Shown in pieces: positions 48,822-58,598 of a stretch of 64,000 nt of DNA (position 1 is its first letter; the number at the start of each line of letters is the position of its first letter). This DNA comes from Acidobacteriota bacterium. Its GTDB lineage: Bacteria; Acidobacteriota; UBA6911; RPQK01; JADFOI01. The DNA lies in contig OY760074.1 in assembly GCA_963663035.1 (NCBI GenBank), positions 3,456,001-3,520,000 on the forward strand. Direction: 5' to 3'. Below the pieces are notes generated by a model. The model saw only the letters and a list, made by a program, of their open reading frames with translations, did not search any database and was not told where the DNA came from. The translations under genes and the position numbers were made by a program.

Positions 48822-50228
48822 TTAATCATTGTCCCATTGGCGAATATCTGCGAAGTGCCCTTCGATTGCCGCGGCGGCAGCCATAGCCGGGCTCACCAGA
48901 TGAGTGCGTCCCCCGCGTCCCTGCCGTCCTTCAAAGTTACGGTTGGATGTGGAAGCGCAGTGTTCACCCGGCTTCAGGATGTCGGGATTCATTCCCAAGC
49001 ACATGCTGCATCCTGACTCTCGCCAGTCAAACCCCGCTTCTTTGAAAATCTGGTCAAGGCCCTCTTCCTCAGCCTGCCGCTTGACTTGCTGCGATCCCGG
49101 CACCACCATGGCCTGGACTGAAGAAGCCACTTTTCTTCCCTGAACCATTTGGGCCGCTGTTCTCAGGTCTTCAATGCGGGCGTTGGTACAGGAGCCGATA
49201 AAAACTCGGTCCAGCTTGATTTCCGCGATAGGGGTGCCCGGCTGCAGTCCCATGTACTCCAGGGCGCGGCTCACCGCCTGGCGGGTCTTTTTGTCGGCAA
49301 AGGACTCAGGATCAGGCACTTCTCCCGTCACGTCCGAAACCATTCCCGGATTGGTTCCCCAGCTTACCTGGGGTGCAAGAGAAGAGATCTCCATTTCGAT
49401 CGTCTCATCAAAGGAGGCCTCCGCGTCTGTGGGGAGCATGCTCCACTGCTCAACCGCCTTCTGAAACGCCTTCCCCTTGGGTGCATGAGGGCGTCCCTCT
49501 AGATAGGCATAGGTGGTCTCGTCAGGTGAGATCATTCCGGCTCGCGCGCCCGCCTCAATGGACATGTTGCACACGGTCATGCGCTCTTCCATGCTGAAGC
49601 GGCGAATGGCGTCTCCCCTGTACTCAATCACATAACCGGTGCCCCCATCGGTCCCAATGGTTCGAATAATGTAGAGGATGACATCCTTGGCGGTGACACC
49701 GGGCTGGAGTTGGCCGTGCAGCTGAATCTGAAGAGTTTTGGGTTTGGATTGCAGCAAACACTGGGTCGCTAGCACATGCTCAACTTCACTGGTACCCACC
49801 CCAAAAGCCAGAGTGCCAAAGGCCCCATGGGTCGAAGTGTGGCTGTCACCACAGACGACCGTCTTGCCCGGCTGAGTAATACCCAACTCCGGTCCGATCA
49901 CATGAACGATTCCCTGCTGGGGGCTCTGCAAGCCGAACAACTGGATTGCGAATTCCTCACAGTTTCTTTCCAACGTTTCGATCTGAAGCTTGGAGATGGC
50001 GTCTGTGATTGGAAGAGAACGGTCCCAGGTGGGGACATTGTGGTCCGCAGTTGCAAAGGTCAAGTCGGGCCGCCGCACCTTGCGTCCAGTCAGTCGCAAG
50101 CCCTCAAAGGCCTGAGCTGAAGTGACCTCATGCACGAGGTGACAGTCGATGTACAGAATCGCGGGTTGACCCGGCTCTTGGTGGACGACATGCCGGGCCC
50201 AGATTTTCTCAAACAGCGTTTTAGGCAC
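48822..50228 (-). CDS. leuC: 3-isopropylmalate dehydratase large subunit
   Basis: HEVTS, DSHT, GSCTN, CSMC and [12 protein letters not shown] motifs. Confidence 0.95.
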   Translation of the reverse strand: MPKTLFEKIWARHVVHQEPGQPAILYIDCHLVHEVTSAQAFEGLRLTGRKVRRPDLTFATADHNVPTWDRSLPITDAISKLQIETLERNCEEFAIQLFGLQSPQQGIVHVIGPELGITQPGKTVVCGDSHTSTHGAFGTLAFGVGTSEVEHVLATQCLLQSKPKTLQIQLHGQLQPGVTAKDVILYIIRTIGTDGGTGYVIEYRGDAIRRFSMEERMTVCNMSIEAGARAGMISPDETTYAYLEGRPHAPKGKAFQKAVEQWSMLPTDAEASFDETIEMEISSLAPQVSWGTNPGMVSDVTGEVPDPESFADKKTRQAVSRALEYMGLQPGTPIAEIKLDRVFIGSCTNARIEDLRTAAQMVQGRKVASSVQAMVVPGSQQVKRQAEEEGLDQIFKEAGFDWRESGCSMCLGMNPDILKPGEHCASTSNRNFEGRQGRGGRTHLVSPAMAAAAAIEGHFADIRQWDND

Positions 50229-50231
50229 GTA

Positions 50232-51815
50232 CTAGGATCCGGTGGCCTTGCGTTTTATCTTTTTCTCTTCTTCTGAGACGACCTCTGATTCCCGTCCTGC
50301 TTCCTGCTTCTTCTCGTAAAGCGCCTTGTTGACAGCATTGAGATAAGCACGCGCACTGGCGTCGATTATATCTACGCTAGCCGCTTTAGCAGTGTAATTT
50401 TTTCCGCTAAAGGAAACATGGACGAAGACCTCTCCCAGCGCGTCTTTGCCTCGGCTCACCGAGTTGATGCTGTAATCCAGAAGGCGACCAGGCATGCCTG
50501 TGATCTGATCAATGGCCTTGCAGGTGGCGTCCACGGGTCCGTCTCCGTGCGCGGATGCGACAAAGGTTTCTTCCTGTCTCGCCAGTCTGACAATCGCAGA
50601 AGAGAGTTCCTGGTTCCCACCCTCTGAGTGAACGTAAGAGATCTTGTAGGTATCGGGGATGGTCTTGATCCCATCCTGAACGATGGCGATGAGGTCCTCG
50701 TCGTATACCTCTTTTTTCTGGTCAGCCAGCTTGGTGAAGAAGAAGTAAGCCCGCTCAAGTTCCTCTTTCGTCAACTGGTAACCCAATTCCTCATACTTCT
50801 TTAGCAGTGCGTGCCGCCCGCTGTGTTTCCCCATGACCAGAGTGCTGCTGATGATTCCCACTGTTTGGGGTGTCATGATCTCGTAGGTCAGAGCATTTTT
50901 CAGCATTCCGTCCTGGTGAATTCCTGCTTCGTGAGCGAAGGCATTCTTTCCAACAATGGCCTTGTTGGCTTGAACGAACGCCCCGGTGAGGTTTGAGACC
51001 ATCCGGCTGGAACGGTGAATCTCCTCGGTGACGATTTCCGTGTGGTAGGGGAGTAGATCCTTTCGCGTCCGCAGTGTCATGACGATCTCCTCGAGGGAGG
51101 CATTGCCGGCACGCTCACCGATTCCGTTGACGGTACATTCAATCTGTCGGCATCCACTTTCGACACCGGTCAGGGAGTTGGCCACGGCCAATCCTAAATC
51201 GTCGTGGCAGTGGCAGCTGAAAATCGCCTTGTCCCGATTGGGAATCTTTGAGATGAGCTCTTTCACAAAAGGTCCATATTCCTGGGGTACAGTGTAGCCG
51301 ACGGTGTCGGGAATGTTGATGGTTGTAGCCCCGTTCTCGATGGCCGCTTCGAACACTTCAGCCAGGTAATCAATGTCGCTGCGTGTGGCATCTTCGGCAG
51401 AAAATTCCACATCCGAGCACAGATCACGAGCAATCTTGACGGCCTCTATGGTCATCTCCAGAACCTCCGAACGTGACTTCCGCAGCTTGAACTCCAGGTG
51501 AATATCGGAAGTTGCAACAAAGGTATGAATGCGCGGTTTGCCGGCGTTTTTCACGGCTTCCCAGGCGCGTTCAATGTCCGGTCTGCGGGTTCTGGCCAAA
51601 GCGGCGATGGTGGGCTGGCGCACCTCGGCTGCGGTCGCCTGAACGGCTTCAAAATCTCCTTCCGAGGCAATAGGAAAACCAGCTTCGATAATATCCACAT
51701 TGAGGCGCTCCAGTTGTCGCGCCATTTGGAGCTTCTCCTGGAGGTTCATGGAACATCCCGGGGACTGTTCTCCATCTCTCAAGGTAGTGTCAAAAATCAA
51801 AACTCTTTCCGACAT
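50232..51815 (-). CDS. leuA: 2-isopropylmalate synthase
   Basis: [20 protein letters not shown] and HEAGIHQDG motifs; regulatory domain present. Confidence 0.95.
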   Translation of the reverse strand: MSERVLIFDTTLRDGEQSPGCSMNLQEKLQMARQLERLNVDIIEAGFPIASEGDFEAVQATAAEVRQPTIAALARTRRPDIERAWEAVKNAGKPRIHTFVATSDIHLEFKLRKSRSEVLEMTIEAVKIARDLCSDVEFSAEDATRSDIDYLAEVFEAAIENGATTINIPDTVGYTVPQEYGPFVKELISKIPNRDKAIFSCHCHDDLGLAVANSLTGVESGCRQIECTVNGIGERAGNASLEEIVMTLRTRKDLLPYHTEIVTEEIHRSSRMVSNLTGAFVQANKAIVGKNAFAHEAGIHQDGMLKNALTYEIMTPQTVGIISSTLVMGKHSGRHALLKKYEELGYQLTKEELERAYFFFTKLADQKKEVYDEDLIAIVQDGIKTIPDTYKISYVHSEGGNQELSSAIVRLARQEETFVASAHGDGPVDATCKAIDQITGMPGRLLDYSINSVSRGKDALGEVFVHVSFSGKNYTAKAASVDIIDASARAYLNAVNKALYEKKQEAGRESEVVSEEEKKIKRKATGS

Positions 51816-51895
51816 AATCTCTCCTTAGTGGATTGGTAGAATCTGGCAATTACTCTATCAAATCGACCCTGGGCAATCAATGAAGACGGGGATGT

Positions 51896-53170
51896 CTACA
51901 GCCTTTTCACCGAGCTTCGGGAGACGAGAAAGCCCAATGCGCTGGCGCCTAACAGGGCACTAAATGTGAGGAGGGCCATGGAGGGTGAAAAGCGGGAGGC
52001 CAGGGTGCCGGCCAATAAGCTGCCGAAGGGCATGCCGCCTCGAAAGGCCAGCATATAGATACTGGTCGCGCGGCCGCGCATTTCTTCGGTGATGCTGAGT
52101 TGAACCATTGAAGTGATGGAGGTAAACAGCATCAATAAGCACAGGCCGGCCAAAAACAGGGCCACATAACTGAGCCACAGGTTTCTCGACAGTGCAAAGC
52201 CGGCAATCATCAGAGCCATGGCTAACTGGAAACCCAGGGTCAGCTTTCCGCGGGACTTGATGTCCTTCAGACTGGCAAACATGAGGGCTCCAAGGACAGA
52301 GCCGATTCCCGAGATGGTCATCATTCTGGAAAGACCCGTGGAGCCTACTTGGAATATATCTATTGCATACATGGGCAGCAGCGTCATCAAGGGAATTCCG
52401 CAGAAGGTGCTGATGAATCCCAACAGATTGAGCTGCCAAAGCCCTTGGCAGCTCCAGACGAACTCCAGTCCCTTCTTCAGTCCTTTGAGGACTGATTCAT
52501 CCGTTTTCAGTGGCCTGAAGGTGGGCCGGATGAGATAAAGGCTGACAATTACGGCTAGAAAGGAAAGTCCATTGAGTGCAAAGCATAAAACAGGTCCTAC
52601 CAGAGCAAGGGCTGCTCCTGCCAATAGGGGTCCGAAGACTCGAGCAAGGTTGAACTGAATGGAGTTCAAGGCGATGGCATTGGGCACATCCTTTTTGTCG
52701 ACCAGAGTGGGAATCAGCGAGTGGTAAGCAGGACCTCCGAAAGCCTGTGCTGTGCCCACTACAAAAGCCAGCACAAAGAAATGCCAGATCTGGATCCAAT
52801 CAAGGTAGATCAGCACGGTCAAAAGAAGGGCAGTCGTCATTTGCAGGTACTGGGAGAACAACAGCAAGTTGCGCCGCTCGATTCTGTCGGCAAGAACTCC
52901 TCCCACCAGAGAAAAGAGAATGATGGGGAGTTGTCCCAGAAATGCGGTGAGCCCCAGGTAGAGCCCGGATCCGCTCATACTGAAAACAAGCCAACCCTCA
53001 GCCACCTGCTGCATCCAGGTTCCGGTCGTGGAGGTAAAGGCCCCCAGCCACATCCAACGAAAATCGCGATAGCGAAAGGCCCGAACTGTTCCGAAAAAAA
53101 AAGCCAGCACCCCATGTTCTTCATGAGCGCTGATTCGATCCGGTTCGCCCTTTTGCCTGCTGTCGTGCAT
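51896..53170 (-). CDS. MFS transporter (MFS_3/H+ antiporter-like)
   Basis: FRYRDFRWMW, GTWMQ, GGVLADR and ALNSIQFNLAR motifs. Confidence 0.85.
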   Translation of the reverse strand: MHDSRQKGEPDRISAHEEHGVLAFFFGTVRAFRYRDFRWMWLGAFTSTTGTWMQQVAEGWLVFSMSGSGLYLGLTAFLGQLPIILFSLVGGVLADRIERRNLLLFSQYLQMTTALLLTVLIYLDWIQIWHFFVLAFVVGTAQAFGGPAYHSLIPTLVDKKDVPNAIALNSIQFNLARVFGPLLAGAALALVGPVLCFALNGLSFLAVIVSLYLIRPTFRPLKTDESVLKGLKKGLEFVWSCQGLWQLNLLGFISTFCGIPLMTLLPMYAIDIFQVGSTGLSRMMTISGIGSVLGALMFASLKDIKSRGKLTLGFQLAMALMIAGFALSRNLWLSYVALFLAGLCLLMLFTSITSMVQLSITEEMRGRATSIYMLAFRGGMPFGSLLAGTLASRFSPSMALLTFSALLGASALGFLVSRSSVKRL

Positions 53171-53201
53171 TCGTGCCTTGGTGCGGTCGTGCCTTCGTGC
53201 G
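53162..53201. repeat. Octamer tandem repeat (NtcgtgcN) x5
   Basis: gtcgtgca ttcgtgcc ttggtgcg gtcgtgcc ttcgtgcg; related 3-unit array at 56883-56906. Confidence 0.7.
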
Positions 53202-53203
53202 GG

Positions 53204-54307
53204 CTAAGGGTTGAAAAAGAATTGGATGACGTCGCCGTCTTGGATCTGATAATCCTTTCCTTCGGTTCGTACCAGACCCAGGCGATTCAATTCCTGAAAA
53301 CCGCTGTGCTGGCACAGGTCCGCAAAAGAGGCGACTTGTGCCCGAATGAAGCCCTGCTCCATGTCCGAGTGGATCTTTCCGGCGGCCTGAGGCGCCCGAG
53401 TCGACCTCTCCACTTCCCAGGCCCTGAGCTTTTCATTGGCGATGGTGTAGAAGGTCAGAAGTCCCAGGAGCTTGAATGCTTTCCTGACTAGTCTCTGAAG
53501 ACCAGATTCCGTCATTTTCAGTTCCTTCATGAATTCAGCCCGCTCCTCCGCATCCAGCTGCTGGACTTCCCATTCTATCCGGGCCGACACGGTGACGACT
53601 TCTGTACCGGAAGGCTGCCGCAACATTGGGCTCTCCTTGAGCTGCTCCAGACAGGGCTGATTCCCTCCCTGGGATTCACTCTCGGACAGGTTGGCCACGT
53701 ACAGAACGGGTTTCCCTGTTAACACACCCAGTCCCTTCAATTCTCGCTGATCTTCTCGGTCCAGATCGATTGTCGACAGCGGCATACCCTCGTCCAGTTT
53801 TGCTCGGTAAAGCAGCCACCGTTCCTTTTCCGTGGCATACTCTCGGGGATCGGTTTGCCAGATTCGCTGACGCTTTTCAATGGCGCGATTCAGCACGTCC
53901 AGGTCAGCCAGCAGCAGCTCGGTCTCGACCACCTCCAGATCTCGCACCGGATCCACGCCCTCCAGAACATGAGCGACCTCATCTGCCTGGAAGCAACGAA
54001 CCACATGGGCCAGGGCATCCACTTGACGGATATTCCCCAGGAACTGGTTCCCCAGTCCCTCACCCTGGCTGGCACCCTCGACCAGTCCGGCAATGTCGAT
54101 GAACTGGATAAAGCAAGGCGTACACTCTTCAGGCTCCAGGATTTCATTGAGTTCCGCCAGCCGCCCGTCGGGTACCGGAACCATGCCCGTGTTGCTGTCA
54201 ATAGTGGTGAAGGGGTAATTGGAGACATTGGCTTGACCTGCTGTGAGCAAATTAAACAAAGTGGATTTTCCGACGTTGGGCAGGCCGATGATTCCCACCG
54301 AAAGCAT
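53204..54307 (-). CDS. ychF: Redox-regulated Obg-family ATPase YchF
   Basis: GLPNVGKST, NYPFTTI, DIAGLV, GLGNQFL and IHSDM..GFIRA motifs; true start MLSVGIIG at 54307. Confidence 0.93.
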   Translation of the reverse strand: MLSVGIIGLPNVGKSTLFNLLTAGQANVSNYPFTTIDSNTGMVPVPDGRLAELNEILEPEECTPCFIQFIDIAGLVEGASQGEGLGNQFLGNIRQVDALAHVVRCFQADEVAHVLEGVDPVRDLEVVETELLLADLDVLNRAIEKRQRIWQTDPREYATEKERWLLYRAKLDEGMPLSTIDLDREDQRELKGLGVLTGKPVLYVANLSESESQGGNQPCLEQLKESPMLRQPSGTEVVTVSARIEWEVQQLDAEERAEFMKELKMTESGLQRLVRKAFKLLGLLTFYTIANEKLRAWEVERSTRAPQAAGKIHSDMEQGFIRAQVASFADLCQHSGFQELNRLGLVRTEGKDYQIQDGDVIQFFFNP

Positions 54308-54319
54308 AGCAAGTTTCAA

Positions 54320-54347
54320 CTGACCACTGACAGCTGACAGCTGACAA
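54320..54347. repeat. Heptamer tandem repeat (ctgacNN) x4
   Basis: ctgacca ctgacag ctgacag ctgacaa. Confidence 0.75.
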
Positions 54348-54353
54348 TAGTCC

Positions 54354-56030
54354 TCAGGCCTCAGTCCGGGGGATGCTGAAGACGGTTCCCACCACCAACA
54401 CCACCACGGCCCCCACGACGTTATAGTAAAGAAATGAAATATCGGTGTAGATGCTGACCAGGAACACGGAAAGCATTCCGCCCCAAAGCCCCCAGAATGC
54501 TCCTGTCCCATTAGCCCTTTTTACCAGGAAGGCCAGCAGAAAGACCCCCAGCAGGGACCCGTAAAAGTAGGATCCTACACGGTTGACGGCCTCGATCAAG
54601 GAGCCCAGTTGGCCTGCATAAAGAGCCATTCCGCCGGCCAACACTCCCCACAGCAGAGTCGTCCACCGGGAGGCGGCCAGATAATGTCTCTCAGAGGCGT
54701 CCCGCTTCCAGTAGCGCCGGTAAAAATCCACAATCGTAGCGCTGGAGAGGGCCGTAAGCTCAGAATCCAGTGAAGACATGGCTGCCGCAAAAATGACGGC
54801 GATCATCAGTCCCAGCACACCAGCCGGAACGTACTTGATCAGAAAGGAGGGAAAAACGTAATTCACATCATTGGAGGACGCTCCTCGCACCTCCTCTACC
54901 AGCTCCTTTGATTCCCTTCGCAAAAGGGCCAGCTGCTGGTCATACTCTTGAATTTGATCCTGCCAGGGACCCAGGTCCTCTCCACTGCGACGTGCTTGCA
55001 GGAGATCCAGTGTGGCGACCCTTCGGAGATCGTGAGTCTGTTCGTGTTGGGTCCTCAGTTGAGCAAATTCGTCTCGCTGCTGGCTGCTCTCGACCAGGGC
55101 GGTCTCGACGGGATTGAAGATCAGAGGCGGGCGCTCAAAATGATAGAAAACAAAGAGTAAAACGCCGATAGAGAGTATGAGAAACTGCATGGGGACTTTC
55201 AGGAAGGCGATAAAGATCAAAGACAGTCGACTCTGCTTGAGGGACTTGGCGGTTAGATAGCGCTGGACTTGACTCTGATCGCATCCAAAGTAAGCCAGTG
55301 CCAGGAAGAAGCCGCCGATGAGACCTGACCAGAGGGTGTATCTGTTGTTCAGATCCCAGGATAGGTCGATGCTCTTCCACATCTGCTGAATGCCTCCAAT
55401 GTAGATCGCATCTCCCATGCCGACCTCCGAAGGCAACTCGGCAAACAGGACCAGCAGGGCAACCCCAATTCCAGCAAACATCATCAGCATCTGCACCACA
55501 TCCGTCCAAATGACGGCCGTGATTCCTCCCACCATCGTGTAGAGAATGGTCACCGCTCCCATGATCACAATGGTGACGGTCTCGTCCCAGCCCATGATGA
55601 TAGAGAGCACTACCGCCGGTGCATACATCACGATCCCGGCCGCCATTCCCCGTGAGACCAAAAACAGAAAGCTGGTCAGGGAACGTGTCTTGGCATCAAA
55701 GCGGTTCTCCAGATATTCGTAAGCGGTATAGACCTTGGCCCCATAGAAGAAGGGCACGAACAACACAGACAACACGATCATTGCCAGAGGAAGAGGCAGG
55801 TAGACCTGGATGAATTCCATGCCATCGTCATAGGCTTGCCCGGTCGTTCCAATAAAGGTGATGGCGCTGGCCTGAGTAGCCATGACCGAGAGCCCTATTG
55901 CGCCCCAGGGGAGACGACGATTTGCAAGGTAGTATCCTTCTATGCCCACGTTCTTTCGACTTTGGAAGATGGCAAAGGCGATCACGCCACCGAAGTAGAG
56001 GGCAAAGATAAACCAGTCCAGAGCAGTCAT
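54354..56030 (-). CDS. Sodium:solute symporter
   Basis: ATQASAITF, AVIWTD, DQSQVQRYL and AAAMSS motifs. Confidence 0.92.
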   Translation of the reverse strand: MTALDWFIFALYFGGVIAFAIFQSRKNVGIEGYYLANRRLPWGAIGLSVMATQASAITFIGTTGQAYDDGMEFIQVYLPLPLAMIVLSVLFVPFFYGAKVYTAYEYLENRFDAKTRSLTSFLFLVSRGMAAGIVMYAPAVVLSIIMGWDETVTIVIMGAVTILYTMVGGITAVIWTDVVQMLMMFAGIGVALLVLFAELPSEVGMGDAIYIGGIQQMWKSIDLSWDLNNRYTLWSGLIGGFFLALAYFGCDQSQVQRYLTAKSLKQSRLSLIFIAFLKVPMQFLILSIGVLLFVFYHFERPPLIFNPVETALVESSQQRDEFAQLRTQHEQTHDLRRVATLDLLQARRSGEDLGPWQDQIQEYDQQLALLRRESKELVEEVRGASSNDVNYVFPSFLIKYVPAGVLGLMIAVIFAAAMSSLDSELTALSSATIVDFYRRYWKRDASERHYLAASRWTTLLWGVLAGGMALYAGQLGSLIEAVNRVGSYFYGSLLGVFLLAFLVKRANGTGAFWGLWGGMLSVFLVSIYTDISFLYYNVVGAVVVLVVGTVFSIPRTEA

Positions 56031-56161
56031 TGAATGCTGTGATCAAGAGCGATGGTTAGAAGATAAAGCAGCAAAATGATAACTGTCGCATAGACGATCA
56101 CGGTCAGATACAGCCAATTCCAACTTGGGAAAATGCCAACTCTTTCGTCTTTTTCGTCCAT
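56027..56161 (-). CDS. Small single-TM protein (44 aa), probable SSS accessory subunit
   Basis: MDEKDERVGIFPSWNWLYLTVIVYATVIILLLYLLTIALDHSIQ; ATGA overlap with the symporter start. Confidence 0.7.
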   Translation of the reverse strand: MDEKDERVGIFPSWNWLYLTVIVYATVIILLLYLLTIALDHSIQ

Positions 56162-56197
56162 TTTACGCCTGGTCTTTGATTAAACTAAGTGAGGCAC

Positions 56198-56923
56198 TCA
56201 CGGATGGGAGGAAAAGAGGCGGTGATTGTTTCTTCCTTCTTGCTTCACGCAGTACATGGCCGTATCGGCATTCTTCATGAGAGTCTCTGGCGTGTCTCCG
56301 TCATCGGGATAGAGGCTGATGCCGATACTGGCCGAGGTGAAAAGCTCACGCCCCTCGATGCGGAAGGGTTTTTTTAAGGTGCCAATAAGTTTCTTGGCAA
56401 CCGTGATGGCATCTTCCGCCTGGGTAATTTCTGGGAGCAATATGATGAACTCATCCCCACCAAGTCGTGCAACCACATCGCTGGCACGCAGACAACTCTT
56501 CAGCCATTTGGCCACGCCTTGCAACAAGCGGTCGCCCACCGTGTGCCCCCAGGTATCATTGATGGACTTGAAGTGATCCAGGTCAATGAACAGTACGGCA
56601 AGTTTCCGATGGTTGCGGTGTGCCAATTCCAGTGCCTGTCCCAGATGACTGTGAAACAGTCTGCGGTTGGGCAGATTTGTCAAGCTATCATAATGGGCGT
56701 AGCGTGCCAGCTCCGCTTCCGCTTGCCTACGCTTGGCGAGTTCGCGTTTCAGTGCCTCGTTGACTTCCGCTAGTTCAGCCATGCGGGCTCCCAATTCAGC
56801 CAGGTCCTGGGGTACCGTCGGCAGCTCAGTCAGTTGTTTCTCTGTTTCCTTTTCGGACTTCGTCGGTGCGTGCTTTTGTGGGATCGTGCTTTCGTGCGGT
56901 CGTGAACTCATCCGTTCACTCAC
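56198..56923 (-). CDS. Diguanylate cyclase (coiled coil + GGDEF)
   Basis: DSLTNLPNR, DLDHFKSIND and RASD...GGDEF motifs. Confidence 0.9.
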   Translation of the reverse strand: MSERMSSRPHESTIPQKHAPTKSEKETEKQLTELPTVPQDLAELGARMAELAEVNEALKRELAKRRQAEAELARYAHYDSLTNLPNRRLFHSHLGQALELAHRNHRKLAVLFIDLDHFKSINDTWGHTVGDRLLQGVAKWLKSCLRASDVVARLGGDEFIILLPEITQAEDAITVAKKLIGTLKKPFRIEGRELFTSASIGISLYPDDGDTPETLMKNADTAMYCVKQEGRNNHRLFSSHP

Positions 56924-56939
56924 TCACCCTCTCTCGGGC

Positions 56940-58268
56940 TCATCGGACGGCGTTGATAAGCTTGTTCAGAATGTTTTTGCGTGCTGGATCGCTCTTGCGC
57001 AAATTCTCAATTTTACGGATCGAGTGAAGAACTGTTGTGTGGTGTTTTCCCCCGAACTCCTTGCCGATTTGGGGTAGTGAACTGTTGGTCAGTTCTCGGC
57101 ACAAAAACATGGCCATTTGACGGGGCTCAGCCACCCGCCTCGAATTGTCTTTGGCTTTGAGCTCAGAGACTTCCAAAGAGTAATGGTCGGCCACCACCTT
57201 CTGGATCCCATCTATGGAGATAAGACGAGTATTGTTTTCGGTGAGGTTCTTGAGCACCTCTTCGGCCATGGGAAGCGTAATCTCTCTTCCGGTCAGTCTA
57301 CTGTAGGCGCCCAGCCGCACCAGGGCCCCCTCCAGCTCTCGAACATTCGACTTGACATTGGTGGCGATGAAATAAGCCACGTCATCAGGCAGGTTGATGC
57401 TTTCAAATTCCGCCTTCTTGCGGAGAATGGCAATCTTGGTCTCCACATCTGGGGGTTGCATATCTGCGATTAAGCCCCATTCAAAACGACTGTGGAGCCG
57501 CTCCTCTACGGTTGGAATCTCCCGAGGTGGACAATCGCTGGTCATGACGATCTGCTTCTGGGAGTCATATAAGGCGTTAAAGGTATGGAAAAATTCCTCC
57601 TGGGTGCGCTCTTTGCCAGCCAGGAATTGAACGTCATCCATCAAGAGCACATCGATACTGCGATACTTCTCTCTGAACTGGATGGTTTGGTCGTAGCGGA
57701 TGGCGTTGATCAACTCGTTCATGAACTGCTCAGAGGACATATAGAGGAGCCGCGCCTGGGGAGTTTGAGCCTTGATGCAATGCCCGATGGCGTGCATCAA
57801 ATGGGTTTTTCCAAGGCCTACTCCTCCATAAATAAAAAATGGGTTATAGGCTTTGGCAGGCTGCTCGGACACGGCAACTCCAGCGGCGTGGGCAAACTGA
57901 TTGCAAAACCCCACCACAAAGCGACTGAAGGTGTAGTTACCATTGAGATGGCAAAGTGCAGCGTCCGGACAAGGCTCCCCCAGGGTTGCTGCCAGCCGCT
58001 CTTCACTCAAGCCACTCTTACGCGAATCGTCGTAGGCAACGAAGGAAATCCGGAAGTGATCCAGTTTCAGTTCAGATAAAGACGCCTGAATGGCTTCGGA
58101 AAAGTTCTGGTCGAGCCAATATTGAAAATGGGTATTGGGGACGTGAACAAAGAGCCTCTTGTTCTCTAGATCCTGCTTCTGAAGGGAAGTCGGTTTGAAC
58201 CAGATATCAAAGTTTTGAAAGGAAACCCTTTTTTCAATCCGCGAAAGAACATTATTCCATAGGTCCAT
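56940..58268 (-). CDS. dnaA: Chromosomal replication initiator DnaA
   Basis: YNPFFIYGGVGLGKTHL, DDVQF, QEEFFHTFN, NVRELEGAL and FGGKHHTTVLH motifs. Confidence 0.95.
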   Translation of the reverse strand: MDLWNNVLSRIEKRVSFQNFDIWFKPTSLQKQDLENKRLFVHVPNTHFQYWLDQNFSEAIQASLSELKLDHFRISFVAYDDSRKSGLSEERLAATLGEPCPDAALCHLNGNYTFSRFVVGFCNQFAHAAGVAVSEQPAKAYNPFFIYGGVGLGKTHLMHAIGHCIKAQTPQARLLYMSSEQFMNELINAIRYDQTIQFREKYRSIDVLLMDDVQFLAGKERTQEEFFHTFNALYDSQKQIVMTSDCPPREIPTVEERLHSRFEWGLIADMQPPDVETKIAILRKKAEFESINLPDDVAYFIATNVKSNVRELEGALVRLGAYSRLTGREITLPMAEEVLKNLTENNTRLISIDGIQKVVADHYSLEVSELKAKDNSRRVAEPRQMAMFLCRELTNSSLPQIGKEFGGKHHTTVLHSIRKIENLRKSDPARKNILNKLINAVR

Positions 58269-58352
58269 GGCGTACCTTCGAGTTCACAGGCAGGGGCGAA
58301 TCCGCAACTCAAAATCACTGAAATCCGCAGGCTCTAGTTGGGTTCCCTGCCG

Positions 58353-58570
58353 ATTTCCACAGTAATTCAACAGATGTGGAAAACCCTCTGGCTTCCCTTT
58401 GTGAGAGTGTGCCCGATAGCGAGTACCCTAACATGAGCTCAAAACCGATTTCAACGGATTTTTTGAAGAAAGTATCAGTGAAAGAGTCGAGCAACCCAGT
58501 TATACCCTGCAAAGCATGTTTTGGTTGGATTTTGAGCGCGCGCTGCTCCAGAATCTGTTGAAGAACTGTG
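58353..58570. promoter_or_regulatory. DnaA-box-like sites upstream of dnaA (autoregulatory region or possible oriC part)
   Basis: atttccaca (58353), aattcaaca (58364), tgtggaaaa (58375; 1 mismatch to TTATCCACA) and tgttgaaga (58556). Confidence 0.45.
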
Positions 58571-58598
58571 ACAGTTTAGAGTAAGTTCGTTTCCTATA

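Noticed and set aside
48221-51815. leuB missing from the leuA-leuC-leuD cluster
   Set aside because: Split leu operons are common, and leuB is probably elsewhere in the genome.
54308-54511. Long N-terminal extensions of YchF (and of the DHS-like ORF, 24557-24730)
   Set aside because: They overlap neighbouring genes or repeats; family homology starts at the downstream start codons.
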